From Amoebophrya sp. A120 (lineage: Eukaryota > Protista > Dinoflagellata): a stretch of DNA of 64,000 nt. A program made the translations under genes and the position numbers. This document shows, piece after piece, positions 45,425 to 57,996 of the stretch. Within the stretch, counting starts at the first letter, position 1. Each line of letters begins with the position of its first letter. The stretch is from contig CAJINV010000002.1 of assembly GCA_905178155.1 (NCBI GenBank), positions 634,422-698,421 of the forward strand. The letters run 5' to 3'. The notes beneath the pieces are model-generated. The model ran no database searches. It saw only the letters and a program-made list of their open reading frames with translations, and was not told the origin of the DNA.

Positions 45425-48400
45425 TCACTGACTCTCCCTTACATTCCGCTTATGCACTGCAAATATGTCTCCTGGGTCTGGAAAGTTGTGATGCATGTCA
45501 GTTAACAGAAATCACACTGTAATGCACTGCCAAGCATGACAGACTTTGCCGTGGCTCCGTGTTGCGTATTCCGCATGACAGACAGCGTTTTTGCATGACA
45601 GACTAGAGGACCTCTTGCTGGCCATGCAATACAGAGCTCAGCGTCATGCCAGACTAGCATGACAGATCTCGTACTCTTTCAGACCCAGACATATTTGCAT
45701 TTGATACCGCTTCGCCTTCCCCAGCTCCACCGTCCGGGCCCGCTGGGCGAAGGACAAGTATGGCGCTCTCAACTGTTACACTCTCAGTCAGCTGTTACAC
45801 GGATTTGTGATGCAAGAATGGAAAAAGTGAAAGCGGTGACCTTGCGCGTCTTGCATGACAGATTTGGCACAGATTCCCATCCTCTTTGGCTCTTCGAGAA
45901 TTTGCCATGCAAAGCAGCTTGATCGCGTCGATTTGGATTGTAGTTTCGCATGGCAAATCATGTAACAGCTGAGCGTGTAACACTTGAGAACGCCATAACA
46001 AGGTAGATAGCGTTTCGGTTACGTTGGTCTGGGCCGGACTGCATTGCACGATCATCAACATCTTTGCGTCGCCCCCCAGGCTGTCCTTCAGCATCATCGT
46101 CAGCTTGCTGTTCCGGTACGGGACGTGTATGGTGTTCTCAAACGTTACATTCTCAAGTGTTTACACGATTTGTCATGCAAAATCAACATCAACATCCACA
46201 GGGTGAAGCGACTTCGCATGACAAATTCCCGGAGGTCTGCACAGCATGTAAATCTGTGCGGAATTTGTAATGCTAGAGGTGCATTTTCATTTATTGTCCC
46301 CCTTTGGCTTTTGCTGTTCTTGCATTACAAATTCATGTAACAGTTGAGAATGTAACATTTGAGAACGCCATAACGTGCCCGGACTTGTTTTGCAGCGAAG
46401 AATATGCACTGCAAAAGTATCGCACTCGTATAAATGCATATACAAATTTCATCCTCAGCTGCTTGAGAAATGAAATTTGTAATGCGGATTTACCTTAAGG
46501 AGAAGATTTGTAATGCAAGATAGTTGCAATACGAGTACCAGTACGATACTTTTGCAGGGCATACAGAAATCACGTCCCCCAGTGCGGAAAGCGACTTGTT
46601 GATGTTCTGGGCCTATCAAAACCAAATATGTCCGAGTGTGGAAGGATGAAAAGTTTGTCGTGCACATTTTGCATGACTCCTGATGTCTGTGATGCATGCC
46701 CTAGCATCACAGATTTTGTGAGGGCTTCCTGATGGCTACACCGGATGAGAAATGCCCTCGCGCCAAGGCAAAAACTGGATTGCTTTGCTGTTCATGCAAT
46801 ACAGATTTTTGTAGAATCCAAATGAAGCATCACAAGTTGTATCCTTCCAGACCGAGACGTATTTGCAATGCATAGCGCCTCCTTCAGCGTCTGGCCGGTG
46901 GCGCCGGATTTCCCAACGTTCTCACTCCCGGCCAAATCGATCAGGTGGATTTTGTATGCATTGCAAAGCGTACCGTGTTAGCAGTCATTGGATTACAAAT
47001 TTGCTCAGCATGATGAGAAATGGAATTTCTATCATGCGGATTCAGCTTAGGAAAGAGATTTGTAAATGCATGACTGCAATTAATACTAGTAGGTGTAGGA
47101 TGCTTTTGCAAAGCATATTTTGCCGAAGTACTGCGACCCGGTTTCCAGGGACTCGTTGTCGGCTTTGATGGTAACGATTCGGTTATCCAAGGAAAAAAGT
47201 GCATACGGCTACAGGCGACTTGTAGAGAATTCAGCATCACAAACTTGCCTTGCATGACAGAGAAAACTTGTATATGCAGAGTAGATCATATGGCAATAAA
47301 ACGCACATGAAAAAACGAGGCTCATAAGCATTTTGCGCATGGCAGAGGTTGTTTCTCTTGCGTGTTCTGCAACACAACAAGGTGTAACTGTAACATTTTC
47401 ATCCTGTGATACTGGTGCGACCGAGAAGAGTACTCGTTCATGTCGGTTGTTCCAACCGCCCGGTTTTTGTCGGCGTCGTTCATGAGGCGCGTGACGTCGT
47501 TCATATTTTTGATACTGTACTCCTCCACGTTGGTAAGCTGGATCGCTGTGTCGTGATCAAAGGTTTATTAATTGCAATCAAAGTGCGGAATCAATCGAAA
47601 AACTTCTCATGCAAAAGTGAATTTAAACAAAACTACCGAAATGTAGTAACCTGTCGTGCAAATAAATTTTCTTACATCCATCCTGCTGCAGCTTCACGTC
47701 CACTTTTTTCCCCCCTGCGCCGCCATTTGTTCCGCTGACCAGCAAGTCGCGCAGAGATTCGTTGTAGATCTCCGTGATCATCATTTTATCGTAACGAAAA
47801 ATCCCCCCTCCCCATATTGAAAGCGCATCCTTGTGAAAATTTGTGACGCAGATTTGCGACCACAAATCGGGTCTGTCTTGCAAGAAGGCACACTCAGGCT
47901 GTCCGCCACGTTATGCGCGTGATTTGTAATGCTGTGAGGCTTACAGGGTAGCCGTCTACCATGCTAGGCGCCTACACCAAAAGGCCGCCCCCGCCTAGGC
48001 TCACGATCTGCGTGCATTCCTGTACTGCAAGACAAATCAGATTTGTGTACGCAAATCCAGCATCATAAATTTCCTTTTCGATATGGGGAGGGGGGATTTT
48101 TCCTTTTGATACATTTTCAGTGAGATTCTGTTGCTCATCTTTTTCTCCCCCACGACTTTAAAGAGTTCCGTCAAGACTCGGATGTACAAACCCGGATTAT
48201 CGCTCGGCCCCCGCTATGAAGTGCAAAAGTATCGCACTCGTAGTAATCGCAATGATGCATTTACAAATTTCCATCCCAAGGCCAAGGTAAAACAGCATGA
48301 CAAATTCCACTTTTCATGCTGACCGAATTTGTAATGCGATTTCTACTAGTACGATGCTTTTCTTTGCAATGCATACCCGCATGGTAAACGTCTTCCCCGA

Positions 48401-51400
48401 CCCGGTCTGTCCGTAAGCGAAGATGCACACGTTGTAGCCGTCCAGAACCGAGGTTGCTAACGCCTGCGCGTTATCCTATGCAAAAACGTCCCCACCCCAT
48501 AGTCGTCTTCGTCATGCAAATCTGCATGCTCAAAATGTTTCTCATGCGGAGCGTCATGACAAGCGTTGTCTAGTCGCGATTTGGAATTTGTAATGCTCCA
48601 ATCAGCATAATAGGCTAGCTCTGTGATGCTGCTGAACAAGCAAAACATCACTACACTACGAGGCCAGACTTGTCATGCGCAACAACCAAAACTGGCTGTT
48701 TTTGTCTAGCAAATTTTCCATCTTAACTCTGGGGTGGGAAGGTTTTTGCTCAGGCTATGCTTCCGTGAAGACCTCCTCTTGGATGGAATTCGGGCGGAAC
48801 ACCTTGTCGAATTCGAACCAGCGTTTCCGGGCGTCGTAGGCGTATGAATTGCAAAAGCATCGCACTCGTACTAACTGCAAACATGCATGACAAATCTTGT
48901 TCCTAAGGTTAAAACAGCATTGCAAATTTCATTTCCAATACTGAGGGAATTTGTGATGCTATTTTTACTAGTACGTTTACGTTACTTTTGCAGCGCTTAA
49001 GTCGTTGTAGATCGCGATTTTTGACTCCTCCGAAAACTCGGTCGTTTTGGCGCCGGAGCTATCAAAAGCAAACATTTCTGCGTCTGGAAGTTCAAGTGTG
49101 TGTTGCTGATACCTGCATTACAAATTGGCCGCTTGTACGGCATAACAACATGAGAAGTTGTTTTCCTCAGCTACTTCATCTTCTTGCGGATTCATCATTC
49201 GTATTTGGCATTACAAACTGGCTTCAGCACGACAAAAAAAATGGATTTGAATTTGATTTAACAGCCGTACTAATGCATTGTAGACCTTGTATGCCCTTCA
49301 AATTTCGCATCACAGATCCAGACCCAGAAATATTTGCAATGCATAGGACCGCGGCTCGGAATCCTGCTCGTTGTCGTTCAGAGGGCGAACACGGGCGAAC
49401 ACCTATTTGCCGTTTGACGAAATTTGTATTGCATCAAAGGCATTGTGTTCGTGTGACAGCACGCACAAGCTGCAAGACAACATCCTCTTCTGATGCAATA
49501 TTAGCAATGCACTGGGTAATCCGTATCCGTTTTTGCATGACAAATCCTATACGTCGCAAAGAAATACTCTATACCCGGATATTCCCTTTCAGTTCCAACA
49601 CCAAATTGTGCAGCCTCCTTCTTTCCGCCTGGATATTCTTGAAGGAATCTTGCATGCTCGCAATCTGGTTCCCCATCTGCTTGCAGGAACGAATCAACGT
49701 GACTAAATAGCTATCCTGGAACTGCCTTAACTCCACCGAAACCGCGGATTTGAACTCGGTGAACTGAATCTTCAAGTCGTTTAGCTTCTGGTTCAGTTTC
49801 ACCGTCGCGACTTGTTTGGAAGAGGATTCCTTCTCGATCTTGGACTTGAAAATCTGATTTTGCTCCTTCAACTTCTTATTCTCTTCGGATAGTTGCCGAT
49901 TTGTGACGGTCGTTTCCTCGATTTCTTTCGAGAGTTGCGAATTCTGCTTCTTCAACGTGTCGAGTTTTTTATCCAAACTGTTCTCCCCGCCCTCATACCC
50001 GTCGAGCTTTTTCTTCATGGTCTCAATCTGCGTCGCTTTCTTCTGGATTTCATCTTTCAGCTTACTCATCTGCTCCTCCTGCTTCTCGTTCGTTCTCTTT
50101 GATTTACTATCCTTTTGCTCGAATTCGGACAATTCGGTTTGGAGTTTCTCCGCTTTGGTTTTCAGATTCTGCTCGTTTTGCTCGAACTGCTTGATATTGT
50201 AGTCCTGCTGTTTTAACTTGTCCTGCATCTGAATCACCTGCTGTTCCTATCAGAATGAAAAATGCCCCCACCCCCGAACTGGAAAGCATTTGTATTGCAA
50301 ACCTTTCCAAATGAAACATTCGCCCTCTTGCATGTATCAGCATCACAGGTTTCCAATCGTGAATAGCAAACATTTGTATTGCAAAAGATCCCAGCAAGAG
50401 CGGTGCTTGTCATGCAAGCGATGCGAAACAACACTAGAATCTGCATCAGAAAGATTCATATTCCTTTCATGCATGACAAAAAGGTTTCATTTGGAAACTT
50501 CGCATCACAAATTTTTGCAACTTTGGGGGTGGGGGGCACTTTTCACTCTAATAGTTCCAAGTCACTGCAGCGCTCGGAGAGAAACTTAACCCGTTCGTTT
50601 ATGAATTGCAAAAGTGTCTGGGTCTGGAAGAGTGCAAGTTTCTCATGCTTGTCTGGCATGACTCATAAATCTGTGATGCAGGAGCAGGAAAAGGGCCTGT
50701 GGTCTGTCATGCAGAAACGTAGTTTGCCATGCGGAACACGAAACACAAGAGCAGCTCAAAAATTTGTCATGCTTGGCTGCGTATTGCAGCGCGCCAACCA
50801 GTCACATTTTAGCATTACAGGTTTCCAGACCCAGACATTTTTGCATGTGATATCGTTTCCATCGGTGCCAGAGGTTTGGTCCATCTTCTTCAGCCTGTCG
50901 TTTTCATTCTCCAGTCGTTTCACCTCCAGTTCCAGTTGGGAAAGATTCCGCTGGCTGTCTGCCGCTGACGCAGCTGTTGAAGATGCGCGATTGGGAGACG
51001 GAGACGGAAGGGAGCCGGCGCCTGAGGCAAGTTTCGTTTTTGTCTACTTTCGTGCTGATTTGCAACATAGCGAAGAAAAACAACTCTGTGATGCATAGAA
51101 GCAAAACAGGATCGAGTGGTGCATGTGCAAATGAAATCTTCACAGTAACATAGTACCAGGGCCTCGTGACAGTTGGTCCGCACTCTTAATCCCCGGTAAT
51201 TGCTTGGGCGCGGCTAGCTTGTTCGGCCTGTCGGGGCTTCTCGGCAGGGGTCGGAAACCCGCGGTGCTACTCGGTTTAGTCCGCCAAAACTCCTCCGCAG
51301 ATTTCTGATACTTCGCTCCCATGTCGTTCACGGTCTGCAAAAAGTGCCGGCCGTAGGTGAGCGCGAATGCGTGGTGCGCCTTGTCGGCGATTTTGTACTG

Positions 51401-54400
51401 GGCTTTCTTCACCAAAAACTGCGAATCCGACAAAGTTGGCATGGACTGCCCGCCCGTTCCATAACGGGAAATCAAGTACTGCAAACCCAGAAACCAGATG
51501 TCAATCATGCCACCGTACGTGGCGAGGTCCAGGGTTCTGCCCATAAACAGCAATGAGAAACAGCTGCAGGACTCGTCGCGCGAGGAGGAGGAACTGGAAG
51601 TTCCGCCAGCGGATGCTGATCCCGCGTTGCACCGAAGAAAAGTGGTGGTCACCGGGCCGTAGATTATTCCGATACAATATGAAAGCGCACAACTCGTGCC
51701 CCTCCCGCCCCTTTTTTGTACTAGGGCCCTAACAGCAACAAAAGCAACGGCAGATATGTGGCGAGTTCCGCAAGACTACAAACCTGTACCTGCGCGCAGT
51801 AGATTTTAGTACTTCTGCAGTGTCGTGAGGTAGTAGCTCCAAGATTTGGCATGCAAACAGTGCCTCGAGGCAGGTTGTGGATTTAGTATTTTGCATTACA
51901 AATGACAATGAGGGGTAGAAGGGGGATTTGTGCACTCTCATATGCAGTCCCGCAAGTCGACCTTGCTGTATTCGGTGACGGATTTGGTTTTCCCCCAGCG
52001 TAGTTCATCTCCCGCATCGGAAATCCAGAAAAGCCGTCGGGTTCGCTTGTAATTTGAGTAGTTGTATTTCACCAATTGTTATCCTGTGCAAAAGTATCGT
52101 ACTCGTAGTAATCGCAATCATGCATTGCAAATCTTTATCCCAAGGCAAAATAGCATGACAAATTCCATTTGTTATGCTGAGCTAATTTGTATTGCAATTA
52201 CTACTAGTACGATACTTTTGCAGTTCATAATTGCGCCCCGTTGCGCAGAAGCTCGATCATGTTCTGGATGTTTTTCTGGCTCTCGATGATACAGGACTGG
52301 AAGAGGTCGTACCTGATTTAGGTTTTCATGTGTTTGTATATGCAAACCGCGCATGACAAAACATAGAATAAATGCATGGCTTCGCATTACAAATCTATCC
52401 GATATTCCTACCAGTGCTCCGCATCTTCCTCCGTGTTCGCTACCAGGGTGTATTCCCACGTGTACGGCGCATGCGCCTTGATCTCCAGCTATCGTGAGAA
52501 AAAAGTGTTACAGTTACACACTCTGATGGGAGAAAAGCAAGACAGTCAACCTCTGTCATGCAGGAAATGCTTGCCACCCTCATTTCATACGTGTTTTTCC
52601 TTACAGTCTGCGCATCACAGGTTTTCTTTGCCATGTCGAGCAACTTTGTGATGCAGAAACCCCAACAAATGTGTAACTGTAACACTTTTTTCCTGTGATA
52701 CCAGTACCCCATCGTGCAGCAGATTTACCTCCCCGCTGTGTGCAAGGTGGATTTGCTTCAGGAGCTCCCCCTGGTCATTCCGGTAACTTCTCAAAACCCC
52801 CTTCCTCAAAACGAAGTACTCCTTCCGCCCCGTAGAGTCGTTCAGCAAATAGCCGCGACGCTCCATAGTGAAAAGTGCAGGGCAAATTTCCCGCACATTC
52901 TACAAAATGCATGATAAATTTTGCTAACTTGGAGCGTCAAACATGTCATGCGGACTAAGATTGAAGGCAAGTTTGTTACGCAGAAACAGCATTTGTACGT
53001 GTACGGGAAAATAATTCCTGTGGATACGGTTGATGATGTTCCAGAAGTTTCTTCAAAAAGTTTTTCCTTCTATCAAAAGCTCAAGCTCTCAATCATGAAG
53101 TGCAGCTGCCCGGTGGCGTACAGAAAGTCCGCTTCCTCGCGTTGTTTCTGGAAATGCGGCATCAAAAGGAAAAATCCCCCCTCCCCATATCGAAAACGAA
53201 ATCTGTGATGCTGTATTTGAGTACGCAAATCGACTTGTAATGCTAGAAGGCCAAGAGACGCAGCTGTGGCCTTCGTTGCAGGCAATTTGTCATGCTGTTT
53301 CCCACTTCCAGCTGGCCCCTGTTATGCTGAAGATGCAAGGCTTTCCCACGCCAACCAGCACTACAGTCCGCATCTTTTCCCTTCTAGCATGACAATGCTG
53401 ATTTGTGACCGCAAATCTGCATCACAAATTTCTAGTTTGAATATGGGGTGGGGGGATTTTTCACTTTGATATGCGGCTGCAGCTGTCTCGTCTGAATCAC
53501 GAAATCGTTCGACGAAATAGTATATCCTGTGCAAAAGTATCGTACTCGTACAAATGCAAGTCTTGCATTACAAACATTTTTCTTGAGGTAAATCGGCATT
53601 ACAAATTTCATTCCTCATGCTGAGGAAATTTGTAATGCATTTATACGAGTACGATACTTTTGCAGTTCATATAGTATTCTGACTTCTTGTTCTTACCGCT
53701 GTTCGTGCTGCTGCAAGGCTGATACTGGTTCTCGCTGAAGAAGTCGCAGTGCTCCTCGTGCTGGGGTACACTGATGTTGCCGACGCAGCAGGACCTGGAC
53801 CTCCACGACTTGTGCTGGGGACCCCGATTGGTGCACCAGCACCACTACCCGGAACAAGTGGTCCTTCTACCGAGGAAGTAGTCGCCGCAGAGGTTCCGCC
53901 AGGGTTTGTAGAGGAAACTAGTTTCACCAAGTACGCGACGATAAAAAAAGTCGTGTACGTTGCCGCCGAATGCGCCAAAATCCCCGCTAGCCCGAAAGGG
54001 AAGTAGATCGTCAGGACTAATTTCGCTTGGTGGAAAAAATCGATGAAATTGAGGTAGCTGGCGTGGAGGAGGGATTTGAAATCCTGGACGGCTTGGTAGC
54101 AAAAGTTCCTCACCGCTGATGGGACGGTTTTGAATTTGATGAGAAATTTGTAAACCCGCTTGTACAGTGGGGGAACGACTACAACTACCACTTCTTCTAC
54201 TTTCGTACTCCTCGTCGTGGTTCCACCAAGAGGAATTCCGTTTCTCAGCCACACCTTCTTCCACGGGACGCACTGTTTCACGCTGTCGTAGGTAATCGGT
54301 TTTTTCCCGTAGAAACCAACGTTGTTTTGGTTCAGGTCTACTTCTTCGGCGGAGGAGGTTGTGATGGATGAAGATGAACTGGCGGTCTTTAATATAATTT

Positions 54401-57400
54401 TCGGCTCCGTTTTTACGTACACCCAATCGTAGACTGCTTCTGCTTTCTATGAGAGTGCACAACCCCCCCTCTACCCCCTCATTTGCCATGCCAAATCCCC
54501 AATCCAATCGCTGCTCTGTGGGACTGTTTGCATGACAAATTGCGGAACCGAAAACAGTACTACACTAGGCACGTGAACCTGTCATGCACAGGCTCCATGT
54601 TTGTTTGTGTTTGTACTGCTGTTCAAGTTCATGCAATACAAATGAAAGGGAGGAGGGGTTGTGCACTCTCATACTTCCGAAGAACAGTCGGACTCTGTTT
54701 CGGAATCCGTTTCGCACTCGCTTTCGGTATATGGATTGCAAAAGTGTCTGGGTCTGCAAGAATATAAACTTGCGATGCGCATTTCAGAACACAGAAAGAT
54801 CTCTCATGCATAGGTAGCAAAAGCTGCCCACTTTCTGTCACCAGAGTGGGAGACTTGTCATGCGGATTCGGCATCGCGGAAGCTTCTCGAGACCTGTGAT
54901 GCTAGAGCTTCCATGCCAGACCTTCTGTGTCATGCAAAAACAGCATGACTCTTCCAGACCCAGACATTTTTGCATTTCATACGGTAGTTTCACCCTCGTC
55001 CTCTGAGCTGCAATCCGTTCCCTCTTCTTCCGAAGATCCGGCTTCGCTGTCGCATATCCTGTGCAAACTAAGTATCGCACTCGTATAAATGCAAGTCTTG
55101 CATTACAAATCTTTTTCCTATCGTAAATTCGCATTACAGATTTTATTTCTCATGCCGAGGAGATTTGTAATGCATTTATACGAGTACGATTATACTTTTG
55201 CAATGCATATCACAATCAGAGCCACGATTTCCTGACGAATCGGTTTTGTTTTCTGATTCTGATTCTGTCTCCCAGTCGCTGCCGCTTTCTGACTCCGACT
55301 CGTCTTCTTGCTGATTCCCCACGCCAAACCCGAAAAACCCTCCACCAAACCGGCGCTGCTGAACGACTCCACCTGCTGCTCTCTCGTCGTCGTCGTCCTG
55401 CTCTTCCTCGTCCTCCTCGAGTGTATGAACTGCAAAAGCATCGTACTCGTAGTAATTGCAGTCAGGCATTACAAATCTTTCTTGAGGCAAATCCGCATTA
55501 CATGTTCCATTTCTCATGCTAAACAAATTTGTGATGCAATTTTTTTATACAGTACGATGCTTTTGCAAAGCATAGAGTGGCAATGCGAACAAAAACCCGT
55601 ACCGCAACTCCACTAAAGCCAGAAACGGAACCAAGTACGTCAAATAAGCGCAGAAGAAGAGAAACAGCGTCTCCTGGTACTTGCAAATCACCGAAAAACG
55701 AAACCAGTAGCTTGAGTAGGAACCGTATTCGAGGTAGTTTTTCTGGAACTCGGAGTCTGCTGTTGTTGGAGCAGTAGACGCGGTGCTGTGCGTGCTTGCT
55801 CTCTTCGCTGTTGGGGAAGATGATGGGGCACTGGTCCTGCTCTGGTATGCCAGATGATGTTCCGAGTTTTTTTTGTACTGGCTGCTCGTCCTCGTTGTCC
55901 CTGTAGTTGGAAGGGAACTTACTTTCAGCAGGCTGCCCGGGACAATGCTGAAGTCGTCGCTTCCTTCTTGTTATCCTGTGCAAAAGTATCGTACTCGTAC
56001 TAATTGCGTTTATGCATTACAAATCTTTTTCTTACGGCAAATCCAAATCCGCATTACAAATTTACTTTGTAATGCTAAGCCAATTTGTAATGCAATTTAT
56101 ACTAGTTGTACGATGCATTGCATACTTCTTGATGTTGAAAAACCGACGTGGTCTGCAGTAAAATCCCCAAATCTTTCGGGATCGGTATTGCAGTGAAAAA
56201 TGCCCCCACCCCCAAAATTGCAAAAATTTGTGATGCGAAGTTTCCAAATGAAAACTTTTTGTCATGCATGAAAGGAGTACGAGTCTATCTTTCCGATGCA
56301 GATTCTAGGCGTATATCGCATCGCTTGCACGACAAGCGCCTCTCTTGTTGGGGTCTTTTGTAATACAAATGTTTGCTATCATTCACGATCGGAAACCTGT
56401 GATGCTGATAGATGCAAGAGGGCGAATGTTTCATTTGGAAAGGTTTGCAATACAAATGCTCCCAAGTTCGGGGGTCGTGGGGGCGTTTTTCATTGTAATA
56501 ATCGGGCAGTGCACTTTCACCCACCGGGGGAGCGAGCACCAGGGAAACCAAAAAAACGAACAGAGGAAGGTGAGGAAGGAGGTTTGTTGCTCGTCCTCGC
56601 GATGATGATGTAGGTCTACTTCCGGGTGGTCGTTCTGGTCGTCCTGAAGGTGGTTGTAGTTGTCCGCTGTTGTTGATGCGTCTACTCGCGCGATCGAACG
56701 ACCCGAGTTTTCTTCCAAATTGACCTCACCTTCGGGGGAACTGTCAAAAGAAAATTCCTCCTGCTCGCTACTGCTACTGCTACTCGGTGTCCTGAGCGCC
56801 CACGTACTGATATGCAGTGCAAAAGTAGTATCGTACTCGTATAAATGCATTACAAATTTCCTCAGTATGAGAAATGAAATCTGTAATGCTGATTTACCTT
56901 GACAAAAAGATTTGTAATGCATGGCTGCAATGCGAATGCGATACTTTTGCACAGGATAACTGAAGCCGCTATAATCGTCCAACACGTCGTAGATACAGAG
57001 TCTCTTCGGGAAAAACCTTATGAATTGCAAAAGCTTATCGTACTCGTATAAATGCATTACAAATTTCCTCAGCATGAGAAATAAAATTTGTAATGCTGAT
57101 GCACCTTGAGAAAAAGATCTGGAATGCATGATTGCAATACGACGAGTACGATACTTTTGCACAGAATAAACCTGCCTTCTCGTTGATGTTCCACCTGCTC
57201 CGAAGGAGCTGCTGCTTCCACCACACGACCTGCTGCAGTCGGCAAGAGACCACGTTGGTCCGGAAGATCTTCTTCAACTGCGAAATAGTACCACCACCAG
57301 GACCCCTCTTCAGTGTAATAAATATCCTCCAAGAACTCGATGAGGTCGGTGAAAAGGGTCTTGTCCGCGTTTTTAACAGGCGGCCGTGGTTCGTGGTTCT

Positions 57401-57467
57401 CGAGAATGGCAACAAGGATCACGACACCTGACAAAAAACTTAGCAGCCCGCAAGTTGTCCACGACAT
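45425..57467 (-). CDS. Kinesin-14 (C-terminal motor) with N-terminal hydrophobic segments, two PH domains and a coiled coil; ~1,700 aa, 32 introns
   Basis: Spliced motor motifs: [112 protein letters not shown]; stop at 45425. The motor call is firm; the 5' extent is less certain. Confidence 0.88.
45451..50852. mobile_element. 14 introners in the kinesin motor and coiled-coil region
   Basis: 45451-45706, 45759-45997, 46128-46372, 46403-46563, 46614-46874, 46955-47117, 47184-47411, 47787-48111, 48215-48375, 48472-48757, 48843-48999, 49060-49345, 50248-50553, 50600-50852; each removal with one 5-bp repeat keeps the frame. Confidence 0.9.
47546..47675 (-). other. Canonical GT-AG intron in the kinesin gene (others at 49403-49574, 51022-51156, 52313-52411)
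   Basis: GTAAGA...CACAG; the frame is restored (DG|SIQL). Confidence 0.8.
51678..57168. mobile_element. 13 introners in the kinesin N-terminal region
   Basis: 51678-51942, 52080-52229, 52490-52700, 53160-53471, 53523-53671, 54448-54673, 54730-54981, 55055-55209, 55424-55574, 55972-56124, 56186-56500, 56811-56958, 57019-57168. Confidence 0.88.
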
Positions 57468-57996
57468 TGACGGCTCACTCGTGCCCGGAAGAACCGCATG
57501 GAGCGTAGTTGTGTTTGTGTATTGCAAGAGCACCGAAGGCTACTTTATGATGGTGGCGCTATTCTACTAGGACGGCTGATGTTGATGCGCTGTCGTGTTG
57601 ACTACAACCACACGAAGATATGCCACCAACAACCTGTATACAACAGAACAGCTGTGCTCTCTCCAATACTTCTTTTGCAAGTTTATTTAGCTGTCGCTGT
57701 GCTTGTTCTTCATCTCACATGTGTACCCTCTGAAAAAAATCCGCCGGGCACACTCTGCAACTAAATTGTAGTCTGGCTCAAAGAACCTCCCACTCAAAAG
57801 ATGGTGCCCCTGCACCTTAGCAGCACGCCTGTTTCTCAACTCCACTACAAATAATTCCGCGCGCTCAAATAAAAATTGCTCTAAAACAAGTGCTCTCATC
57901 ATGCCCCCGCGGCAATTTGTTGTGTTTCGCCCACCTGGCGCAGGAGCCGCAGGAGGTCCTCGTACGACTTGTGTTACAAGCAGAACGAGACTGTTT

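Noticed and set aside
48988-51098. Plus-strand ORFs of 240 and 239 aa
   Set aside because: Antisense to kinesin exons and running through introners.
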